Positions 21,323-31,616 of a stretch of DNA of 64,000 nucleotides are shown piece by piece (position 1 is the stretch's first letter; each line of letters opens with the position of its first letter). The stretch comes from a virus: the IMG/VR virus record IMGVR_UViG_3300010885_040738, positions 1 to 64,000 of that record; one strand, given 5' to 3'. Both the position numbers and the translations under genes were made by a program. The notes under the pieces were generated by a model, which worked only from the letters and a program-made list of their open reading frames with translations, searched no databases and had not been told where the DNA came from.

Positions 21323-22042
21323 ACCTGCTGTTAAAAACCCGCTAACTCCAGCACCCGCCGCACGGTCCCCGGCATCAGATTGGCAACGTAGCCGGTCTCA
21401 AAGTTGCCTTCCCGCTCGGCAATGATCTCCGGTATATCCGCTTCGCTGTAATTGTCTTCCGCCAGCTCCACAATTTCGCAGATCATGTCCGCGCTCAGCC
21501 ACCGGGCAAGATCGCTCGGCACCGAAGCCCAAAATGCGTCAGTGAATGCCAGCGGTGCCTTGTGGCAGCAGTTGTTGTGATTGGTATCGTGAGACGGTGA
21601 CGGCAGAATCTTGACAGAGGCGCTTCTAACCACGTCTCACCGCCTTGTTTGCCTTCAGATTCGCTACCAGCAGGAAAGGCCCAAACTCGGCCAGCAACCC
21701 AGTATCCCGATTCTCGGCCATGAAGGCGTTCGCCGCGTCCATGTCGGTGAAGATCGCCCGCAGCGTGTAGCGCTCTTTCGGTGCCAGGTCCGACCAGACC
21801 AGCACCGGGTTGATATTGTCGCTTTCAGTGGCCACGTGGGCAAGTCGCTTCGGAAACAGCGGGCCTTCGCACTGGTCGCAGGTCGTGCCGTCAATCCACT
21901 CGGCGTTCATACCTGCCTTGACTGGAATATTGTCCGCCCCATAGTTCTCGGCGATGATGTTACGGCATTGGTCAGAACAAAAAAACAGCGTGTCGGTTGC
22001 CTCGCCAGCTTCGTTGAGTTGATAAAGTGCTCTCGCCTCCAT

Positions 22043-22345
22043 TTACGCAACCTCACTTTCGACCGGCTTCGCGAAATCCGCCAGCTCTTCAATCAGTGAC
22101 GTATCCCCCGCCGCGTGCGCCATCAGGACCGCCGCGAACGCTTGGGCGTCTTCCGGCGTGAAATACAACTGAACCGGAGCCGCGCCGCCAGCCTTCGCGC
22201 TGGAAATGTCTACGGCTATAAGAGACTTGTCGCCCGACACCAGATCGTCGTGGGAGATCGTGAATATCCCCACGTGCGCTGCCCGGAACCAGCCGTTGCG
22301 GCCCTTGCTCTGTTTTTTTGTGGTGAGTGTTAACTCGGTGTACAT
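22043..22345 (-). CDS. Hypothetical protein, paralogue of 20812-21297
   Basis: Shared SKGRNGxFxAA and APVxLY motifs. Confidence 0.7.
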   Translation of the reverse strand: MYTELTLTTKKQSKGRNGWFRAAHVGIFTISHDDLVSGDKSLIAVDISSAKAGGAAPVQLYFTPEDAQAFAAVLMAHAAGDTSLIEELADFAKPVESEVA

Positions 22346-22397
22346 CTACTTCCACCCTTCCGGCCTCTCGGCCACCGGCGCAAATAGCGCCTACCTC

Positions 22398-22444
22398 ACT
22401 CTACATCACGTGATAGCCAATTGCAACGATTATCACGTGATAAT
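22398..22444 (-). promoter_or_regulatory. Promoter TTGCAA-N17-TAGAGT with two ATCACGTGAT palindromic operators
   Basis: Palindromes at 22405-22414 and 22429-22444 (16-bp perfect) flank the -35 box. Confidence 0.75.
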
Positions 22445-24010
22445 TTACGACGGCCATAGTCCGGCAGGAGTCATGAACACAACAGGCGAACAGTCGCCAC
22501 ATTACGCATCCTCGTGCCCCTTTGTCTTGATCCACCACGTATCTCGTCCATGAACATTATGACCGCACCCCGCGCATTCGCTCTTCTTCGATCTGCATCT
22601 GACGACGCACCCACGCCCGCCGCTCGGCCTCGGCTCGAAGCTCCATTTCGGTCGCGGTCGTCGGCGGCACCGGATCTATCACCAGCTTTGCCCCAGCGCC
22701 TTGAATTGCCGCCACGGCAGCAGCCTCAGCCTCGGCAGTGAACGCACCGGAGCCAGCGGACGGCTCCAGAACCTTGGCAGCGTGCTCAAAGTCCGCTTGG
22801 CTAAACGGCTCAATCTGCTCAATGCCACCGCCCAGACCGCTCCCCCCCGTATCCAGATACCCACTTCGCCCAGGGCCCACCAGCGGGATATACCTCGAAT
22901 GGGAACACTCGCACTGCTCAGGCCCCCGCTTGCCCACCACCCGGCCACGAGTACACGTTGCACAACTCGCGCCGGCGCACGCGCCACATATCGCCAGCAG
23001 CGGCACCGGCCCTATCTGGGTCACCACGTACTGACCGTCCGCCAGCTTCACCGCCTCGCCCCGCTTGCGTTGCATCACCGGCGGCAGCACCATCTTGCGG
23101 CCATACTTTACTTTCAGCCCCGCCAGCGCCGCACGCAGAGCCCGAGACTCCTCGGCACCCTTCACTACCACCCGGTCGCCCTTGACCATCCCGGCGGCGA
23201 TTATTGGCCACACGTCCGGCAACGGCGGACGGCCTTTACTTTTCACGGCTCTCACTTACTGCCACCTTCCCACCGCAGATCTGCGGACGCAACCGCAGGG
23301 TACTCACCGTCGCGGAACGCCCTCGGCATCCGGCCAGGCCCCGGCGCAGCCGCTTCTTCAATCGTGCGGCAGTCACCGTCCGGCCCCGGCAATGGATACA
23401 CCTTGCCTACCCTCACATAGCCACCCAAAGCGGCAACCTCCAACTCCGAGATAGCCTTACGCGCCGCAGCCGTCGCCAGCGCCCGCGCCAGCTCGCACGC
23501 AGCCCGAAACACCGACACTGAGCAACGGATCGGCTCGGGGCGTGTCGCACCAGTCGCCGTGAACTCCAACAGGCCCCCGTAGGCGTCGTGAGATACCACG
23601 CCCTCCCAATGGTTGCCATACCTTGCTGTGATTTTGATGTTCACTTCCAATCCCTCCAAATCGCTACGCCGAAAATAAACAGTATGGCTCCGATTGCCAC
23701 CATTTCACACACCCGCCTCAATGTCGTCACCTTTTACCCTGCTTCCAACACATCCACCGCAACATGAACCGCCCATTGCACCCGCTCCAAATCGCCCACG
23801 TCGCCCCACATACGGGTTTCCCGCGTCCGGCGCTCATGCTCTTCCACCAGCGCGGCCAGTTTCTGAATCAGCAGCCCCGCCTTTAGGCTTCCCTCCTGAT
23901 ACGCACTCTCTACGACTCTCACTCCCAGCCCCCGAGAACCAGCGGCAGCAGCGGCACCGCCGCCACCGCCAAGCCAACCAGCACGGCCAGGATAACCAGC
24001 AGCCAGTCTC

Positions 24011-24658
24011 TCACCGCGAAGCCCCCGCCGCAATGCCAGCCACCAGCGGCAGCACATCCCGCGAATACATGGCCAGTAAGCTCTGATACTGGCAAGCCTC
24101 GGCCACGTGCTTCGCCTCCAGGTACGGAGCCCCGCCCAAATTCGCCACCGCACGCGCCACCTTCAGCACGCGCCCATACTGCCCCGCAGAGAATGCCATC
24201 CGGCGACAGGCCATCTCCATCGTTCTGTGCGCCGAATCATCCCGCAACTCCACCGACGTATGCGTCAGCCCAAACACGGCAGCCGAAGCAATCCGTTCCT
24301 CACGGTAATCGTCATCACACTCGGAATACTGTAATGGTGCCATCAGCTCCTTAGTCGGCGTCCCCGGCATCTCCAACACGATATCGTACTCGCGTGCCGT
24401 CCGTTCCAGCCGACGCCACCACCGGGCAATCTGGACCGGCGTACAGATGCACTCCTGCCTCACATCCATACGATGTCCGCACAAGCACGCCTCACGCTCG
24501 GCACTTTGCACAGTCGGGAATGCCTCGCGCAGCGTCGTCTTGCTGCAACTTAGCGGACCCACCAGCAAAACTGACAGGCCCCCGACGCTGGCAACCTCAA
24601 ACGCACGTTTCGCGGTCTGGTTGCCTTTGATCTGGTACGGCTGCAATGAGCTACGCAT
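24011..24658 (-). CDS. Truncated, degenerate ComM/YifB (Mg-chelatase-family) homologue
   Basis: IKGNQTAKRAFEVA.VGG..VLLVGP, CLCG...CICTP.QI and VLKVARAVANL...HVAEACQY. Confidence 0.8.
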   Translation of the reverse strand: MRSSLQPYQIKGNQTAKRAFEVASVGGLSVLLVGPLSCSKTTLREAFPTVQSAEREACLCGHRMDVRQECICTPVQIARWWRRLERTAREYDIVLEMPGTPTKELMAPLQYSECDDDYREERIASAAVFGLTHTSVELRDDSAHRTMEMACRRMAFSAGQYGRVLKVARAVANLGGAPYLEAKHVAEACQYQSLLAMYSRDVLPLVAGIAAGASR

Positions 24659-25918
24659 TTGGCACCACCGTCTTAACGTACTCCGTCCCGTTCCACTGGA
24701 ACCGCACGCCACTCTTGTAGCTCGCCTCGCCCTGCTCAATATACGGCGCTACCGGCGTGTGGCCCAGCAACCAGTGAATCGCGTCCAACTCCCCGGTCAC
24801 CCTGTCAACGCTATCCTGGCTTGGCTGGTCATAAGCCAACCAGCAGAGCTCCTCAATCTTGTCGGCAATCTCAACAGGGCTACGCATGTCCTTCACCACC
24901 TTCCGTAAGCTGACCATCCTCGGCATACGTCGCCGGGACGTGCTCAAACTGAATCCCGCGATTGCGAATCATCGCCAGATAGTCCGCCTCATCCTGCAAA
25001 GGCGAGATAACCTCACTCCCGCCGCCGAATCCCGGCCTCGCCCGTCGCTGAAACTGCGTCAACTGGACACCCAGCCACTTATCCCCCGGCAATTGCCGCG
25101 CCTCTACGAACAGGCCCATCTGGTTTATTGACGTTCGGATCTGCATCATCACGCCCCACCTTTCCCGGCGACCAACTTTTCTATTGCCTCCTGCATAAAA
25201 GTCAGCCAGTCGTTCTCCGAAATATCAGGCTGGAGTTGGTATCCGGCCTGGCCGTCAAATTCGATCAAACCAGCATCTTTCAGCCCGTCGAACATCTCCG
25301 CCGCTAATTCTGTCGTGCCTTCGGCGCCCAATAGGGTTTCGATCTCGCTAATCATGTTGCGTTTGTCGTTCATCATGCCCCACCTTTCCCGGCAGTTTGG
25401 CACGCAACGCCAGTTGCCAACTCGGCCATTTTCGCCTCACCCGCAACCGTCAGCCGGTCGTGGTTGTACTTGCACGTTGCGGACGGTCCGCCAAACTCTG
25501 TCAGCCCCGCAGCCTGTAGCCCCTCAATCGTGCGCTTGGCAACTATCGAGTGCCGTTTGACAGCGCGTAGCCGCGAAAGCAACGCCCGGTCCTGTTTCGC
25601 CTGTTGAGCCGCAATGTACTCGCGCTCCAGTGTGGCCGTCATGCCGTTTGCCCCCAGCTGCCGTCAACCTGCAACGCCTGGCCACGTTTCAGCATGGACA
25701 CAGCCCGGTCGAACTGCCGACGCATCGGCGTCAGGCGTCGATCACCGTGCCAGAACAACCGGCGCATGTTGGTGTGGTCGAACGCCTTCGCCTGATACGC
25801 GCCGTGCTCCATTTCCAGAACCACGCTAACGCCCCCGGCCTCGAACTGCTCAACGTAGCCGCACCCGAATGAATACGGTGTCAGCCTCCCCGCAGCCGTG
25901 CGGAACACCGGCGTAACG

Positions 25919-26878
25919 CTACGCATTCGCCACCGCCAGCGCAGCAGCCCCTGCCAGCGCAGCAGCCCTGCTCGGATACTCGCGAACCACAATCTCCGAA
26001 TCCCTGACCGAAACCACCACGCCGAAAAACTCCGACTCGTGGCGGCGCTTGCCGTTGTATTTCTTCTCGTAGCCACCGCCCTGAATGCGGTCCCCGACTT
26101 TCAGCCCAGCAACACCGAAAGCAAACTCACCCCTCGGCGAATCCAAAAAACGGTCGATGCCTCGCGCCTCAGTGAAAGTGCCAACCCAGCGCACGGTCTG
26201 GCCACCCTGCCACAGATTCCGCCCCCTGAACTCGCACATCCCCGCAGAAACCGGAAACACAAACCCGCCATGCTCCGCAATCTCAGCCGCGATCTTGTCG
26301 GCAGCCTCACGCGCCACCTGAGCCTTGCGCTCAGCGGATGCCTTACTCCTGCCAGCGATGATATCGTCCAGTACCGCGACATCCTCTCGCGACACATACA
26401 GCAGGTCCGGCAGCACGCCAAACACCGCCACCGGCAGCAAACGGACGGCGTGAGGGTCGTTGCGGTAGATAGAGATCCCGGCACCGGCATCGCAGTCCAG
26501 AGCCCGCAGGATGTCCAGCGCAGCATCAAACACCTGCTTATGCTCCCCGACCAGAGCCAGTTTCGCATCCTGCTCGGCCTTGGCCTTTGCGCCAGCGGCA
26601 TCATGCGCGGCCTGACGCTGTGCTCTGATGGCGTCCACCACCACAACCACGTCGGCCAAGCACGTCGGCGGCGCGTCCAACTTCGGGCGATTACTCTGTA
26701 TCTGATGCTCGGCCCCGTCAAACTCCAGCGTGCCAGATGCGGATACTCGGCACCGGGCAATCAAATTCCCGACCTCCAGTGCCTCGGTCACGTACTGTGT
26801 CGCCGTCCGTCCGGCCTGTATTGCTGCTAACTGCCCAGCCTGGCTCAATTCGTATTTCACGTTCGCGTTCATGTTCAT
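25919..26878 (-). CDS. Hypothetical protein
   Basis: Long ORF with SD GGGAG and the leader hairpin. Confidence 0.7.
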   Translation of the reverse strand: MNMNANVKYELSQAGQLAAIQAGRTATQYVTEALEVGNLIARCRVSASGTLEFDGAEHQIQSNRPKLDAPPTCLADVVVVVDAIRAQRQAAHDAAGAKAKAEQDAKLALVGEHKQVFDAALDILRALDCDAGAGISIYRNDPHAVRLLPVAVFGVLPDLLYVSREDVAVLDDIIAGRSKASAERKAQVAREAADKIAAEIAEHGGFVFPVSAGMCEFRGRNLWQGGQTVRWVGTFTEARGIDRFLDSPRGEFAFGVAGLKVGDRIQGGGYEKKYNGKRRHESEFFGVVVSVRDSEIVVREYPSRAAALAGAAALAVANA

Positions 26879-26909
26879 TTCTCCCGGCCTCTCGGCCAAC
26901 AAACCACAT

Positions 26910-26968
26910 TCTCTCGCCCCGTTTTCTTCCTCCCGCACTTCGGCAGCGGGCATCGGCACGTTAAGAGA
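26910..26968 (-). ncRNA. Candidate twister-like ribozyme variant
   Basis: P1-UAA-P2-GC-C(GAU)G-P4-L4 topology with both pseudoknots possible; departs from consensus at some conserved positions. Confidence 0.4.
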
Positions 26969-27240
26969 GGCGGTAATATCAGTCCCGCCCTCTGTCAGAA
27001 CATAGACCGGAGTTTATCCCGGCACCATAGACGCCTCCGTATAAGCCACCGGCACCGTCAGCCAACGCTGAGCCACCGGAGCGAACCCATAGATGCAGTT
27101 ATGGACCAGCACGCTAACCGGCCCGTCCAAATTGGCCCGCGCCGCCCAGCGTTCCGCCTCTTGGTGATAACTGAACCGCACCAGCCCCGCTTGTGGCGCG
27201 TGGTCCTCGAAGTAGTCAGGGTACTGGTATGGGGCAGGGC

Positions 27241-27840
27241 TCACGCCATCCTCCGCCAGGTCAACCAAGTCACCGCCTGTAACTGGTGAGGCACCAGCCC
27301 CAGCTCCGAAGCCACAGCCGCAATAGCCGCAGCCACCACATCATACAGCCCATCCGGCGTCTCGCGCCCGATAGCCATCCGCGAAGCGTGCCGATCCACA
27401 ACCACCAGATCACACCCAGGGTCCAGAATGCACGCCCGAAACGCCCGAACCTTCACGCTGGTTTCAGGCACCACGTCCAGCCACGCATCACCGGCCAGCA
27501 GTCGCTCCGCCTTCTCCATATTCCGGCGGCCATACGTCCCGACCAGCGGCAGCGCCCGTCCGGCGTAGTGTGCCGTCAGCACCCGATGAGTATCCAGCAG
27601 ATTCGCCTCCCACACCCGCCCCGGCGACAACACCGCCAGCACACCCGCGACGATCTCAGTCTTAACCCGGTACCGCCGCGCCATCTCGCGCACCAGCCTA
27701 CCAGCCTCCCGGTACCATTCCCGACCGTGGGTTTCTTCCTGCTCTGTGCGTGCGTCCCAGACTTTCAGGATGCGGCGCCGCATCGCCTTGTGCTGACGAT
27801 TGCCAGCTACCGTAAAGCCGTCTATGCGTGCTTTGATCAC
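27241..27840 (-). CDS. Phage protein of the DUF7178 / HhH-glycosylase-like type
   Basis: G.EWY, AVLSP...W..N, VVDRHA, LQAVTW motifs; GTG overlaps the upstream stop. Confidence 0.6.
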   Translation of the reverse strand: MIKARIDGFTVAGNRQHKAMRRRILKVWDARTEQEETHGREWYREAGRLVREMARRYRVKTEIVAGVLAVLSPGRVWEANLLDTHRVLTAHYAGRALPLVGTYGRRNMEKAERLLAGDAWLDVVPETSVKVRAFRACILDPGCDLVVVDRHASRMAIGRETPDGLYDVVAAAIAAVASELGLVPHQLQAVTWLTWRRMA

Positions 27841-28769
27841 TTCGCGCCTCCTGTGCCAGCGCCGTCCTTGCCAGCCACTGAGCCAATCCCTGTGCAATCC
27901 ACAATGATCCCCGCAGCCATCGCCCGCGCATCGCACGAGTTACACAGCGGTCCGGTCTGAGCTACCACAACGCCCTTGCGGCGGTCCGGTCTGGTCCCCC
28001 AAACGGCATGCTTCCCACACTGCTTCGCGATCACTGCCAGCCGGTCGATTTCTTCAGCCACGTCTGGCGCGTACTGCCGAATCATGGCAATCTCATTCGG
28101 TCGCGCAAACGCCCCACAGAAGCACTCGCCGCTCATGCCTATCGGCGTCATCTTGATCGGATTGCGCGGAATATCGAACGCATCCATAAACGCCTTCTGG
28201 TCCTCGGTGCTGAAATCGTGGCACGGCGCAACCCAGAACCTGTGTTTGTTCGTCGCCTTGCCATTCGCCCCCGGCTCACCAATCTTGAGGGGCTCAACGG
28301 TACCCATGCGCCGCGCAGACTCCTGCTTTCGGCACCCGGTAATCAGGGCCACGTTTTTTTTCGCCTCAAACACGTTGCCATTCTTCCGCAGGGTCCGGCG
28401 AGTGTGCATGTCGCACATCATGCGAACGCAGCGTTCTTTCAGCCGAATGTATGCCCATTGGTGCATCCCAGGGCCAGGGAAGCCGCGCTCACGAATGAAC
28501 TGCTCATACGTGCTGGCGCTCTGGAACGTCTGGAGATCCCACCCGTACTCCCGGCAAACGTCCTGCACGAATGCGTAGGTCGCCTTGCTGCCAATGCCGG
28601 TACGGATATGGTACACACGCCCATCAAACTTCGCGTGCGCACTCGCAGCGTACACCGCAGTCAGGCTGTCATGGCCACCCGAGAGCATCGGCACCATAAC
28701 CTCGGCCCCGGCGGCGAACGCTTCATCTATCACCCGGCAAGCTCTTGAGATAAGCTCAGCTCCGATCAT
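27837..28769 (-). CDS. PAPS-reductase-family protein (second copy, different subfamily)
   Basis: LSGGHDS, TGCRKQESARR, SGECFCGAFA motifs. Confidence 0.85.
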   Translation of the reverse strand: MIGAELISRACRVIDEAFAAGAEVMVPMLSGGHDSLTAVYAASAHAKFDGRVYHIRTGIGSKATYAFVQDVCREYGWDLQTFQSASTYEQFIRERGFPGPGMHQWAYIRLKERCVRMMCDMHTRRTLRKNGNVFEAKKNVALITGCRKQESARRMGTVEPLKIGEPGANGKATNKHRFWVAPCHDFSTEDQKAFMDAFDIPRNPIKMTPIGMSGECFCGAFARPNEIAMIRQYAPDVAEEIDRLAVIAKQCGKHAVWGTRPDRRKGVVVAQTGPLCNSCDARAMAAGIIVDCTGIGSVAGKDGAGTGGAK

Positions 28770-28983
28770 CTGCACGCCACCCACTTCTGAAGGTCATCAA
28801 TCAGGCTCAGCACCTGCTCCTCATTGAGTGACACCTTGACCGACCGAGTAGCGCCCTCGTCATCAACAAACTGAATAGCCAGACGTTCTCCGATCCCGAC
28901 CGTGATAATACTCAGATCCTCGTCGCCCTCGCGCCCAGCTTCAGAAAGCCCGCCCAGCGTGCTCTTGTACCCGTCTCGTGTTA

Positions 28984-29310
28984 TCACAAGCTGCCACCCT
29001 TGCCAGCGCCGTCCGCAGCGCACACACCGCAATCGCAGACATCCACCGTGTTATCACCCGTCCGCTTCTTACCTTCAGGCCCTGACACGGTAATGCACTC
29101 CGCATGTCGATCTACTTTGCAGTAGTAGCAGACCCCGGTACGCCCCACCGGAGCAACAGGCACCACCGGCGCAGCCGCAACCGTCAACGGACGCACCCTG
29201 CAATACGCCTCAATAGCCTCACGAATGAAGCCCGACCGCGTTTCGCAGTCCTTCAAACGCTCGTCAATCTTAGCTATGTGACCATCCGACACAATCAATG
29301 CGATTCTCAT
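28984..29310 (-). CDS. RHH (CopG/NikR-like) regulator with Cys-rich tail, probably leaderless
   Basis: TRSGFIREAI pattern; TTGGCA-N18-TACGAT-N7-ATG. Confidence 0.6.
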   Translation of the reverse strand: MRIALIVSDGHIAKIDERLKDCETRSGFIREAIEAYCRVRPLTVAAAPVVPVAPVGRTGVCYYCKVDRHAECITVSGPEGKKRTGDNTVDVCDCGVCAADGAGKGGSL

Positions 29311-29499
29311 ATGCCTGATCGTACCATAGCTAAAAACCGAATGCCAACGAATTGTGCGCCCCTGTCACATGACGCCAGCGCAGCGTATGCCGACACTTAA
29401 AATGAGACACCCACGAATAGCGCAAGCCATCAGCGTAGCGTATGCCTTCTCAAAGCCCCACGCACCACCATCTCACCCCTCGGCCAGCGAAAGCCAGCG

Positions 29500-29860
29500 G
29501 CGCCGCACCCTGCTCAGCCCGTTTAGCTTTCACTCATTCTAAAGCACTTACCTTGCACTTACCTCGAACCCTGCTCACCCTGCTCACACCCTTCTCAGCT
29601 GTAACCTGTTGATTCTAATACTCAAACTGGGTGAGTGTAGGTATAATTCATATAATGATCTTTATGAAATAAAACACTGTAAATCACCGACTACACTTGT
29701 AGGCACAAAACGCATATTTTCTCTGTTGTGAAGTACAGCCGACAGGTTTTTTCGTGCTCACCCTGCTCAGTGAAATAAAGCCAATGGAATGAACGGATTA
29801 CAGGTGAGAATGGGTGGCTGAGTGAGGTTGAGTAGGGGTAGACACCCCTGCTCAGAGGCT
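29500..29860. repeat. Iteron cluster (CCCTGCTCA) around an AT-rich core; candidate replication origin
   Basis: Exact copies at 29508, 29569, 29578, 29761 and 29846, plus variants. Confidence 0.6.
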
Positions 29861-30110
29861 CCGAAAAAGGAAATGGGGTCCGAAGCGGCCTAAGCCAAGC
29901 CTCGAACCCCACCACCCCCACAGGAACGCCCAAACGGAAAGGAGGGATAAAGTATCCGACACACCAGCAGCATGGGCTAACGGACCCAGACCACCAACAC
30001 ACCAGACAGAGCCAAAATAGCAGAGCCAGCGCCCGGTCGTCAAGTGGCACCACCACACACCCCGTAGCACCCCCACCACATCCTCCCCGAACCAGGCGAT
30101 AATAGGACCA

Positions 30111-30977
30111 ATGCCAGTAGTCGCCGTCGAAATTACCGGCCTCAAGGGTCACCCGATGGAACAGCGAGCCCTTGAAGCAATCATGAATGGTGAATCATCC
30201 AGATCTGTTGCACGCTGGTTAGACCCCCCTGTTTCAGCCGCAACCGTCTGGAGATACGTCGATAAACACGTCAAACCGACGCTAAAGAACGCAGCCGTCC
30301 TGTCTCACGTTTTGGAAAGCCAACAAAACAAACGATCTCCAATCAAGCGAAACACTGTTTCACCTGTTTCACCCTCTGTTTCACCTGTTTCACTCGAAAG
30401 TGATGCAAACGGACCACAACAGGTCACAACCAGACCCGGATGGCGCAATATGAACCCCGTTCAGCATTGTGGCGCTGAATCAGAAGCCGGGAAAATTACC
30501 CGACAGGCCCTGGCAGCGGCTCCAATTCTCCGAATCCGAGAGAATCGTATCGCGTTTCAGCAGGAGCTGGCGGACCGTCTCGCATCGGTAATTCAGGAGC
30601 GCGGGGAGGAAATGGCGGTCTGTGAGGCGTGCGGCAGGGAGAAATCCGAGCACCCGGCAGTAGGCGCGGCGGACGGCCTGAAAGACTGCTCGAAGTTCCG
30701 GCGCATCCCCGGCGGGTCGTCCGGCCTCATGACTCGTCGGCTCAAAAAGGACGGGGTAGAGTACCACTACGACAACGCCATCGTTGCGTCGGCGCAGGAG
30801 CTCATGAAGCAAACTGCCATCGAGCAAGGCCAATGGCAGGAGAACATGGGTACAGGCGCCCCCACAATCCAAATCATTTGCCCCCAGGTCCCCGGCGAAC
30901 TGCCAAGGGTCAGTTTTCACTCAGATGACGCGCTTGAGGCCGATTTCGCGGATATTGGCCTCGATCAGGGCCGCTAG
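30111..30977 (+). CDS. Putative terminase small subunit-like protein
   Basis: N-terminal HTH, ELMKQTAIEQGQW segment; oriented toward the late genes. Confidence 0.5.
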   Translation: MPVVAVEITGLKGHPMEQRALEAIMNGESSRSVARWLDPPVSAATVWRYVDKHVKPTLKNAAVLSHVLESQQNKRSPIKRNTVSPVSPSVSPVSLESDANGPQQVTTRPGWRNMNPVQHCGAESEAGKITRQALAAAPILRIRENRIAFQQELADRLASVIQERGEEMAVCEACGREKSEHPAVGAADGLKDCSKFRRIPGGSSGLMTRRLKKDGVEYHYDNAIVASAQELMKQTAIEQGQWQENMGTGAPTIQIICPQVPGELPRVSFHSDDALEADFADIGLDQGR

Positions 30978-31036
30978 GACGCGCTGACGGAGCTCGTCTG
31001 ATACCTGAGTGCCCGGCTTTTTAGCCTGTCGGCAGC

Positions 31037-31077
31037 AAAAAAGAACGGCCAGGCCCCTTTCGGGTTACCTGGCCGTT
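31037..31077 (-). terminator. Intrinsic terminator ending the leftward block
   Basis: AACGGCCAGG/CCTGGCCGTT stem followed by a U tract on the minus strand. Confidence 0.75.
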
Positions 31078-31178
31078 TGCCGTGCTCGGTGCCTGTTACC
31101 GCCACCACTTCCCCGCGCCGGATCGTCGGAGGTAGCGAATGTGTCCCCGGTACTTCGTTGTGATTGCCTTCATGGTCG

Positions 31179-31616
31179 TTAACCTTCTTCCTCGTCTTCG
31201 GTCTTCATTTCAGTCTTGGCCATGTCGGCCAGAATCTCGGCGGCTTCGCTGCATTGCACCGTTACGGCCACGTAGCCATCAATTTCTTTGTCGTGCGCCA
31301 GCTCAATGGCACGAGCCATAGCGTCGTCATCGCACCTTTCGGCGCAGGTGTAGCGGCTCGGTCCGATACCGCCATCTGTCAGCGTCAGGCTGACCGGCTC
31401 GGCCTCGCGTGCCTCTTGGTCGCAGGTAAACAGGATCAGGCACCAGTTGTGCATCCCGCCCCGATCAAAAGCGTATGCCCTGTACTCACTCCCTGTACGC
31501 ACAGCCAGCGCGTTGACCGCCAGAATATAGGCTGTCCTGTAGTGCTCGGCACCTGACGGCACGGCTTCACCGTCGGCGAATCCCCACTTGGTTTGCATCT
31601 CGTCGAAATACTTCAT
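31179..31616 (-). CDS. Hypothetical protein flanked by 22-bp direct repeats
   Basis: ORF with SD; identical repeats at 31168-31189 and 31611-31632. Confidence 0.7.
   Translation of the reverse strand: MKYFDEMQTKWGFADGEAVPSGAEHYRTAYILAVNALAVRTGSEYRAYAFDRGGMHNWCLILFTCDQEAREAEPVSLTLTDGGIGPSRYTCAERCDDDAMARAIELAHDKEIDGYVAVTVQCSEAAEILADMAKTEMKTEDEEEG

Larger units (their letters stand above)
18251..29310 (-). other. Leftward array of about 26 small accessory/early genes, mostly hypothetical
   Basis: Near-continuous ORFs on the minus strand, many with ATGA/GTGA coupling. Confidence 0.8.

Noticed and set aside
31096-31173. 25-aa ORF MKAITTKYRGH... as a functional gene
   Set aside because: Looks like a truncated remnant after the duplicated leader; function cannot be supported
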